From NCBI GenBank assembly GCA_025594325.1, contig JANHCV010000015.1:1-64000 (forward strand): a DNA stretch of 64,000 nucleotides. Reading direction: 5' to 3'. Below, in pieces: positions 55,115 to 64,000 of this stretch (its first letter is position 1; each line of letters begins with the position of its first letter). The stretch is from Blastocladiella emersonii ATCC 22665. Its lineage: Eukaryota; Fungi; Blastocladiomycota. Both the position numbers and the translations under genes were made by a program. The notes below the pieces were generated by a model. The model saw only the letters and a program-made list of their open reading frames with translations. It made no database searches and was not told where the DNA came from.

Positions 55115-55358
55115 GAGTGTGCGCCCCCGACCTCGATGATGATTGCGTGTATCTCGTTTTTGATAAAAATGTATCCAAGATTCCACACGAAAAACTTGTC
55201 TCTCGTCCCTTGCCTCTCACCTAGCAGCCGCTCTTGTGAGCTCAGCTGTTCCGAGTCAACACGCCCTTGCGCCACGATCGCCTCGGCGCGCCGCTGCCGC
55301 CACCCGGAACGACTTCGACTGCGACTGCTGCTCAACCCGCAACGAAAAACGTAACACC

Positions 55359-56649
55359 ATGGACGGCATCCAAGTGCAGTGGATCAGCGACCACAAGGAG
55401 CGCGGCGTGCTGGCGGCGCGCGACTTTGCCGAGGGCGACGTGATCTTCGAGGAGGCGCCGCAGGTGTCGGCGCAGTACCTGTACAACTCGCAGTTCTTCC
55501 CGGCGTGCGAGTACTGTCAGGCGTCCCTCGAGGCGCCCGTCGACATGGCGCGCCGCCTCGCCGGCACCGACGAGATCCCCGCGCTGTGGGGCGCCGACGA
55601 GCTGCCGGGGCTCCCGCGGCTGCCGTGCCAGCGTACGCTTCGTTGACCTCGTAGATGGTGGTATCCGTGGCTGACCTGCATGTGTAGACGGCTGCGAGGA
55701 CGTCGTGTACTGCTCCGAGACGTGCCGCTCGCGCGCGTGGGACGAGTACCACCGGATCCTGTGCGTTGGCGTGAACCCGGTGGGCGACGCGTCGGACCCG
55801 CGTCCGGTGCTGCACCAGATCTACGACGAGTGGCGGTCGTTCCACTTCCCGCCCGAGACGGCGACGATCGGGCTGGTGGTTAAGATGGTGGCCATGATGG
55901 CGGCGACGGGCGACGACGACCTGTGGCGCCACTACAAGGCCGACCACACCAACGACGCGCTGCAGGTGGCCGCCAAGTTCCTCGACGCGCAGTTTGCCGA
56001 CCGCATCGACACGTTCCTGTGTCTGTTCCAGCGCCAGTTCGCGGGGCACGTCGACGTCACGCGCGACCTGTTCCTGCGCCTGCTCACGGCGGTCGCGCTC
56101 AACGGGCAGGGCGTCGGGACGTCCGCGTTCGAGGCGTACGAGCGCACGCTGCGCGACATGGCCGAGGCGGCTGAGACGAACGCGGACGCGGATTCCGCGG
56201 CGATGGTCGAGGCGGCGCTCGACCAGGTCGACGTGGTGCGCGCTATGGTCGACGACTTCTCGGCCGAGTTCACCCACGCCGAGGGCACCGGCCTGTACCG
56301 CGTCCACGCCATGCTCAACCACGCGTGCGACGCTAACGCCCAGATCGAGTTCCTCCACAACCGCAGCACCCTCGCGGTTCGCGCTACCCGCCCGATCCGC
56401 ATGGGCGAGGAGGTGACGATCAGCTACATGCACTTCCACGGCGACGACGAGGAGGAGGCGGACGAGGAGGAGGAGGCCGGCGCGTCGTCGTCCAGCCATC
56501 ACCATGGCCACGACCACGACCACGACGAGGACGACGGCTGCTGCGACAGCGAGGTCGATGTCAGCCAGCGCCGCGCTGCGCTGCGCGAGTACTACCTCTT
56601 CGAGTGCCAGTGTGCCAAGTGCGTTGCCGAGGAGCAGGCGCAGCACTAA
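55359..56649 (+). CDS. SMYD5: SET-MYND lysine methyltransferase, SMYD5-like; intron at about 55634-55688
   Basis: RGVLAARDF..GDVIFEEAPQV, CEYC...YCSETC, GTGLY...AMLNHAC..NA, EEVTISY, post-SET YLFECQCAKC. Confidence 0.8.
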
Positions 56650-56782
56650 GGCCCGACATAATATACACCCAACACGTAGGAGTAGTTCTTCTGTACCCCA
56701 CACGCCTCGTCCCTTTCTCAACCAGCGCGATCACCGCTCATGTATCTCCGCTCCTGACCAACCACCACTACATGCAACGGCC

Positions 56783-57879
56783 ATGGACGCACTCGTGCAG
56801 GGGTTCCGGCACCTGCTGTTTGCGCTGTACCGCGCCGTCGACAAGAACAACGAGTCGAGCGCCGTGCTCAACGAGCGCAAGCTGCTGTACTCGCGCAAGA
56901 TCGCCGAGGGCGGGTTCGGCACCGTCTACCTCGTGCGCGACCTGAGCGTGCCCGGCGAGCGGCTCTGGGCGCTCAAGAAGGTCGCTGCGGGCGACTCGGA
57001 GTCGCGCGATGTACGGACGGACGGCGTGGCAGACAGCGAAGCGACGCTGACGCACGTTGCGGGGACCGGTAGGCGTTCCACCATGAGGTCCAGGCACACA
57101 ACGCCGTCGGCATGCACCCGAACGTGATGCGCGTCATCGCGTCGGGGCTCGCGGCCGGCGCGACGGGGCCGCAGGGGTTCATCCTGATGCCCTTCTACCG
57201 CGTAAGCGCTTCCCCGCCGGCCCGCTCACGGGTCGCCGACCACGGCTGACCCCCACCTCGCGCCCGCCGCGTAGAATGGGAACCTGCAAGACTTCGTCGA
57301 GCTGCGCACGGCGCGCAACCAGCCGCTGTCGGCAGAGCTCATCACGTCGTTCCTCAAGTCCATGTGCCAGGGCCTGCTGGCGTTCCACTCGCAGGACCCG
57401 CCGCTCGCGCTGCGCGACATCAAGCCGGCGAACATGCTGATTGGCGATGACGGGCAGTCGATTGTGCTGACGGACCTGGGCAGCGTGGGTCCCGCCGTGG
57501 TCGTGGTCGCGAACCGCGCGCAGGCTAACGCGAAGCAGGACGAGTTTGCGACGACGATCACGGCGCCGTTCCGCGCGCCCGAGTGCTTCTCGGTGCCGTC
57601 GGCGTGCACGCTCGACATGCGCACGGATATCTGGAGCCTCGGGTGCGTGCTCTACTTCATGCTGTTCGGCAAGCCCGCGTTCGACGGGACCGAGTCGTCG
57701 GCGCGGTCGACCGTCAACTACTTTGATCGGTACGTTCGGGCGGGCTGGGAACGAGGCTGCGCTGGGACTGACACGTCCGTGTGTGTAGCGACGACAACCT
57801 CACGAAGCTGGCCCGCGCCATGCTGCAGGTCGACATGGACAAGCGGCCGCTCCTGCGCGATATCATACAGCAGCTCTAG
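56783..57879 (+). CDS. Ser/Thr kinase, NAK family (STK16/Env7-like); three introns
   Basis: IAEGGFGTVYLV, ALKK, HPNV, ILMPFYR-NGNL, RDIKPAN, LTDLGS, APFRAPE, DIWSLGC. Confidence 0.85.
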
Positions 57880-57935
57880 CGTTGTGCCCACGCGTGTATA
57901 TATCTCGTCCTCATTACACAACACCGCCTCGTCCG

Positions 57936-60900
57936 TCACGGAAGCAGCTGGTGCCCCGGGTGCGTGAGCCGCACCGCCTTGATCACCAGTCCCGCCGCCG
58001 CGGACGACGACGTCGCGCGCTCGTCCTCGCTGCCGAGCTTGTCGCTGGACCCCGCCACCGTCTTGCCTGGGCTCGTGACGACGCCGGGCGCGTCGCCGAG
58101 CACGCCCATGACGAGCGAGTTGATCCGGTCCGCGACCATGGGCGCGGATTCAGCGATCGGCGCGTCATCGGGCAGCGGGTGCGCGGTGCCCCCCACCGCC
58201 GCCACCTCAGTGAGCGCGGGCGACGGCGGACGGCCGTGCATCGACGTTGGCAGCACGCCGAGCGCGCTCTCCTCGACGTCGCTGACGTCGTCGACGGCGA
58301 GCAGCTGGACCACGGGCGCGTGCAGCGCGGCCTTCTCGGCGGGCGACATGGGCGACCACCCGAGCTTCGGGGACTGCACGGACGCGGACCCGGCGCGGAG
58401 CGGCGTCGATGGCATCGCGACGCCCCCACCGCTGCTCTCGGGCGCGTCGGCGGGGATCTGACGATGGACGGGCCGGACGAGCGTGACGACAGCGGCCGGC
58501 TCAGCGCCGCCGTTCTCAGCGAGGACGAGCGCGTAGTCGATGGCGGCGATATACGCGGTGGCCATCGCGGTCTCGACAGCGAGCGCGCGGAGCCGCTGCG
58601 CGAGGCCCGAACACATCCCGACGATCCGCTGGCGCATCGCGCGCTGCAGGGGCGCGAGCGACGCGAGCTGGCGGTACGTCATGGACAGCGACGCCTGCGT
58701 CGACCGCACGTTCGCCAGCTGCGTGTGCAGGTCGCGCCGCTTGCGCTCGAGGAGCATCCGGTGCCCGCTGCCCGGCGCATCGTCGCCCGAGGAGGGGTCG
58801 CCGATCAGCGGCGCGTGGTGCGACTCGAGCGTCACGGAGCTCGCGCCGGGGGTTTTGTTGGCGGTGGTGGTGCCGGCGCTCGCGGGCCGCTTGGACGCGT
58901 GGCTCGCGGACGCCGACGTCGCGCCGGACTGTGTCGTCGCGGACCCCTGGCGCGACCGGCGCCCGTGGTGGTGGTGGTGGTTGGTCGCGGGGAGCGCGCC
59001 GAGGTACCACGCGCCGTCCGTCGACGCGCGGGACTCGGACCCAGTCGCTGGCGCGCTGCCCGGCCGCTGCTGCTTGGTCGGGCTCGCGGCCGGCGTAGGG
59101 ACTGTGGACGTCGGCGACCCGGCTGCGCCGGAGACGTTTCGCGGGATGGCGCCGGCGGTGCGCAGGGCGGCGGCGTAGTTGAACTTGGTGACCCAGTCCC
59201 AGACCTCGCCCTCGGAGTGCGACTGGAATATGTACTCGACGTTGGGCGGGGTGCCGGCGACCGCGGGCGCGGCGGCCACGTCGCTCACGCCGTGCACGGG
59301 GCGGTCGCGGACCTGCGGGACGTTGGCGACGATGCGGAACGTGTTGGGGACGCTGACGCTGTGGTCGACGACGGCCACGGCGTCGCGCGTCGAGATGATG
59401 AGCGTCGGCGCGGGTGCTTCGGCTTTCGGGTCGTTCCACGCGAACGTCGACGTCCACGCCGCCGCTCGCCCGCGCCAGCACAGCACCTGGCAGTGCGTCA
59501 GGACGAGGTACCACTCCTCGCCGTCAGTCACGCGGCGGCCGCGCTCCTCGAGCCGGCGCACGGGCCCGCGCTTGACGAGGCCGACGGGGACACGGCGGCC
59601 GGACGGCGTGGGCGCTCCGCTTCCGCTCAGGGTCCCGGTACTCATCTCCTGGACCTCGGTGCCGCGCGTGGACGCGCGGCGGAGCAGCTTGCGCGGCTTG
59701 TACCCGACGACGATGGTAGCGAGGTTCCCGCCGTGCGGCGGGGTTGTGTGGACGTCGGCGGGCTGGATGCACTGGAACGCGTCCGGGTGCAGGTACGGGT
59801 GGTCGAGGAGCTCGCGGATGCTGGATTTGGCGCCGTCACGCACCATGCGGTACATTTCGCGCGACGCGGCCGTCTTGAACAGCTTGCGCCGGTGCACGTC
59901 CTCGCCACGCACCTCGCCCTGCACCAGGCCGTCCGTGTCGACGCACAGGACAAGTTCCGCGGCTTGGTTGTTGTCGTAAAAGACCTAAGCGCGACGAGTC
60001 AGTCTCGAGGCCATGGCCACCGATGAGACCGCGTACCGCGAACATCTCGATGGGCAGCTTGTAGTCGTTGGCGCAGTCGCGGATCCACTTTTCGCGGCTC
60101 GGGCGGTTCTTGTCCTTCTTGGCCTTGGGGTTGTACATGAACGTGTTGTTCATGAGCAGCACGTACGCGATGCGCTCGGGCAGCTCGGCGCCCGCGGGGA
60201 AGAGGTCCGGGTTCTGCGCCTCGTAGTGCGTCCCAAAGCACTCGACGATGCGCGCGTTGGCCTGCGTCTCGCGCGGGAGCGACGTCTCGAAGACGAACTT
60301 GCTACACGCGGCATGGTCAGTCAGCGGTGGTCGCCGCCACGAGTGACAAAGCGACATACCGGAACGCGAGGTCAATGGCCACGCCTCGGAAATCGAACCG
60401 CTGGACAAAGTACGCGCGGGCCTCGGCAAAGAACGACCCGGGACACGCCAGCATCTCGCCCCACTCGGTGCGCGCCACCTGCAGCTGCAGCCGGTCGACG
60501 TACTCGCGCGGCGTCTCGCGGCCCGGCGGCCGGTCGCGCGCGCGGCTCGAGCTGCCGTGCGTCGCGTCACCCCCAGTGTTGTCGCGCAGGGACGAGTTGG
60601 ACTTGGTACCCACCGCCGCGGTGGCCGGGGCGGGCGCCGACCCGTCGACCTGAGGCATCGACACCTTGGCCGCCGCGAACGCGAACGGCGACGCGGCGGC
60701 GGCAGGGACGACCGTGGCGTGGTGGTAGTCGGGCGGCGGGTCGTCGGCGTGGTTCGGCGTCGATGGACGCGGGCCGGACATGGACACGGGCCACAGCGGC
60801 GTGATGAGGTCCTCTGTCGCTGCCGGTGCGGCGGGGGTCATGACCGAGCCCGACGCCGTGGCCGCGCTCGCGAGCACCGGTGTCGCTGCAGACCGCGCGC

Positions 60901-61825
60901 CCGGCGGGACTGGCGCGCGGAACGGCGTGCCGAGCGAGTGCGCGCGGACGTGCCGGCCGCCGCCGCCGCCGCTGTGGCTGCTGCTCTTGGTCCCGCGGCG
61001 CGAGTGGGCCTGCGGTGGGTTCGCGGTCGCCGGGTGGACTGCGAGTGTGGCCTCGAGCTGAGTCACGGACCGCCCGTGCTGCGCGATCCCCGCGGGCGTG
61101 GGCGTCGGTGACGTGTCGATGAGGAGCGGCTGCACCGGGACGGCCGTGTCGGAGCGCGCGGGCGGGACCGCGAACCGCCACGAGCCCGAGTTGGTGCTGG
61201 CGCTAGGAGGAGCGGCGTTGGCCGGGTTGCTGCCCCACACGAGCGCACCGGCGCTGTTGCCGCGGAAGTTGTTGGGCCGGGGCCGGTCTCGGTCGCGCCG
61301 CGGGATCGCGCTCGATGACTCGCTGTCGTCGTGGCTCGTGTCGTCATCGCTGCTGGTCTCATCGTCGGTCGTCGCGCTCGTCGCCGACGTGTCCTCAGAC
61401 CGTCCGCGGCCGCGGCCGTGGCCGCCGCGCGGGAGACCGATGTCGAGCAGGTTCGCGGCGCTGCCCGTCGGGTCGCGCGTGGGTGTCGGTCCGAACGCGG
61501 CTGCCGGTCCGAACGCGGCGGACGGAGTTGCCGACGCCGAAGGCTGCGCGCCGCCCGAGAAGAAGCGCGGGCGCGGGAGCGACGGGTGCTGGATCGCGGC
61601 GGCGGGGAACACGGTAGCGGGCGGCGGTGCGGGGACGGCGCCGAGCGGGAACGACGGCGCGAAGCTCGAGATGGTGAGCGGCGAGCTGGGCGGTTCCGGG
61701 CTCTGCGTGCGGTTGCCCGGATCCGTGTCGCCCGTGTGGTCGGTGGTCACATCGAGCAGGTTACCCGTGGAGCCCTCATGGTGGCGCTCCAAGTCGCTGC
61801 CGCGCGGGAGGGAGGAGGGGAGCAT
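57936..61825 (-). CDS. Sec7-domain Arf guanine nucleotide exchange factor with PH domain and coiled coil (Syt1/Yel1-like); two introns
   Basis: FDFRGVAIDLAFR-KFVFETSLPRETQ (Glu finger), AYVLLMNNTFMYNP, and PH-like WYLVLTHCQVL...FQSHSEGEVWDWVTKFNYAAA. Confidence 0.8.
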
Positions 61826-62558
61826 GGTGGGGTAGTGCAGCGGGCGCGCGTTGTCGTCTATGTCTATGTCGATGTCTATGACTCGGTCGATTCGTCTAGT
61901 CTATCTATTGCAAGTGCATGGTGTGGTTGCCCGCCAAGAGAAGAGAGGAGAGGGGGGCGGCGGGGTCGAGCGCGGGTCCAAGGGCACACCCAACGCGCGC
62001 GGAGAGCGCCTGGGCGACATTTTGCTTCGAGACACGCGTTCAGGGCGACGCGTCGAGCACGTCGAGCATCACGGCGAGCAGCGAGTCGCGTGGGTGTCTC
62101 CCCTGCGAGACATCACGTGTGAGGCGATCAAATTCAGGAGAAGCCCTGAGCTGTTCCCTACCTACACGCGGTGGTGCGGGTCAGCGCCAGCTTCTGACGG
62201 GTCGACGCCAGAGGCGCGTACCAGGCGCGCAACGTCGTGCTCGACGCGGTCGGGGGCGCCGTCGTTGGTGTCGATCACGTCGGTGGGGCTGGTCTGGGTC
62301 TGCACTCATCGAGAACCGCATCGTCAGCGAGCCACACTCGACGAGGCGCATGGTTGCACGGGAGACGCACCGCCTTGTCCACGCCGCGAGCCGCCCGAGA
62401 ACGGTGCAGAGGTAGGCATGATGTTGAGGTGAGCGGTGATGGGTTTCCTGGGGAGCGTGTTGCAGCGGCCGCTCGTCGAGTCGGACACTCCTCTCGTCCT
62501 CCCTCTCCCTCCCTGCCGCCCTGAGGGCTCTCATGTATCGCAACTAGACGCACCAACC

Positions 62559-63703
62559 ATGCCAACGACGCCCGCCACGCTGCAAGCCATCGACACCGAG
62601 TACTCGGCCGACTCGGTCGAGACGTGCCCGTCGCGGCCGACGACCGTCGCCGTGGGCACGTACCAGCTGCGCAAGAAGCCGGGCGACGACGGGTCCGTCG
62701 AGAAGGCGCTGCCGCCCGACCGCCTCGGCCGCCTGTACATGCACACGCTGGGCGGCGAGGACGAGGACACGCTGACCAAGGTGCAGCGCATCGAGATGCC
62801 CGCGATCCTTGACATGAAGTGGGGATCGTGGACCGCCGATGCCGGCCGTGAGGGCGCCGACACGCTGGCGGTCGCCAACTCGGTCGGCCAGGTCCAGTTC
62901 TGGCGGCTCGACGAGTGCGGGACCAAGGTCAGCCACCAGGCGACGTACGCGCTCGACGACGACAGCGTGCTGTGCCTGTCTCTCGAGTGGAACAACCGCA
63001 TGCCCGGGTACGCGCTGTTCTATCGTGGAAGCCTCAACCTCGCGCCTGACAACCGGGCCCATGTAGCCGCACCGCGACGCCGCAGGTCGCCGTGTCGCAG
63101 AGCGACGGCGGTCTCACGATCCTCGAAGCAACGCCAGCGGGCCTCACCGCGACACATGCGTGGACGGCGCACACGCTCGAGGCGTGGATCGCCGCGTTCG
63201 ACCCGTGGCACCCGACGACGCTGCTGAGCGGCGCCGACGACCTGGCGTTCAGCATGTGGGACCTGCGCAGCGGCGAGACCCCGACCACGCCGACCTTCCG
63301 CAACACGCGGACGCACGGCGCGGGCGTGTGCAGCATCCAGGGCAGCACGCACCGCGAGCACCTGGTGGCGACGGGCAGCTACGACGAGTACGTGCGGACG
63401 TGGGACGTGCGGTCGCTCGCGCGCCCGGTGTCCGAGGTGCACGTTGGCGGCGGCGCGTGGCGCATCAAGTGGCACCCGAGCGCTGACCGCGCGGGCGAGC
63501 TGCTGGCCGCCGGCATGCACGCCGGGTTCTTTGTCGTGGACACGGACAAGGGCGAGATCGTGACCGAGTACACGGCGCACTCGAGTCTCGCGTACGGCGT
63601 CGACTGGTGCGGCAGCGCGCTCGACCGTGTCGCGAGCTGCTCGTTCTACGACCACGCGCTGCACCTGTGGAAGGCCGAGGCCGAGGCCGAGTCGACGGCG
63701 TGA
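62559..63703 (+). CDS. DPH7: Diphthine methyl esterase (WD40; Dph7/Rrt2/WDR85); intron at about 63009-63085
   Basis: DTEYSADSVE.CP, VGTYQL, AILDMKW, EAWIAAFD, SGADD, ATGSYDE, GGGAWRIKWHP, HSSLAYGVDW, SCSFYDH. Confidence 0.92.
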
Positions 63704-63784
63704 CAGGGGAATAGAGAAGCCTGTTTGATTGGTTTCGCAGTGGGCTAGAAAGTTGGAGGGGCATCTATAGGACAGCATCGCGGC

Positions 63785-64000
63785 CTAGGCGGACACGGAC
63801 GACGGCTTGAGGAAGGCGTCGTTGCGCAACGCCGCGTACGCGGGCCGCACGAGCGACGTCTCGGCGACCTTGATGTCGGTCTTGATATCGAGGATCAGGT
63901 CGTCTGCGTGTGCGCGCACTGAGGTCAGCTACGGTTCACGTAATGAGAATGCGCGAGAACGTACCGAGCGACGTGTAGTTCTTCTCGTCGCGAATGTACC
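63785..64000 (-). CDS. FMN1: Riboflavin kinase, 3' end only (runs off the window); one intron visible
   Basis: Spliced [35 protein letters not shown] matches the fungal riboflavin kinase C-terminus. Confidence 0.85.

Noticed and set aside
1-64000. rRNA, tRNA or other structured RNA genes; viral hallmark genes
   Set aside because: None recognised by eye. tRNAscan-SE, Infernal and an NCLDV marker search would be needed to exclude them.

Overview
Eukaryotic, gene-dense, high-GC genomic DNA with many short (~55-90 nt) GT-AG introns. A CFAP97-like flagellar gene plus fungal-type housekeeping genes suggest a zoosporic fungus, possibly Blastocladiomycota (inference). Recognisable genes: Cdc20/Fizzy-family WD40 protein, C2/XYPPX protein, class C GPCR, monothiol glutaredoxin, LeuRS, COQ2, OAC1-like carrier, B12D/NDUFA4-like protein, MZM1, ATP12, SLC35F, cytosolic HSP90, SMYD5-like protein, STK16/Env7-like kinase, Sec7-PH ArfGEF, DPH7 and the 3' end of riboflavin kinase. 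Two features stand out. (1) A lower-GC, intronless family of ~680-700 aa proteins with an F-box-like N-terminus: four tandem copies at 23.6-33.6 kb (two intact, one split by a ~754 bp insertion, one pseudogene) and two more damaged copies at 45.3-48.8 kb. All five copies that keep their 5' end share an upstream motif with a pair of out-of-frame ATGs. (2) A ~10.2 kb inverted-repeat structure: two apparently identical ~3.0 kb arms (41630-44646, 48809-51825), each with a subtilisin gene and a small spliced ORF, enclose the two extra family copies. No rRNA, tRNA, CRISPR array or transposase was recognised. All assignments come from motif recognition by eye; no database searches were run.
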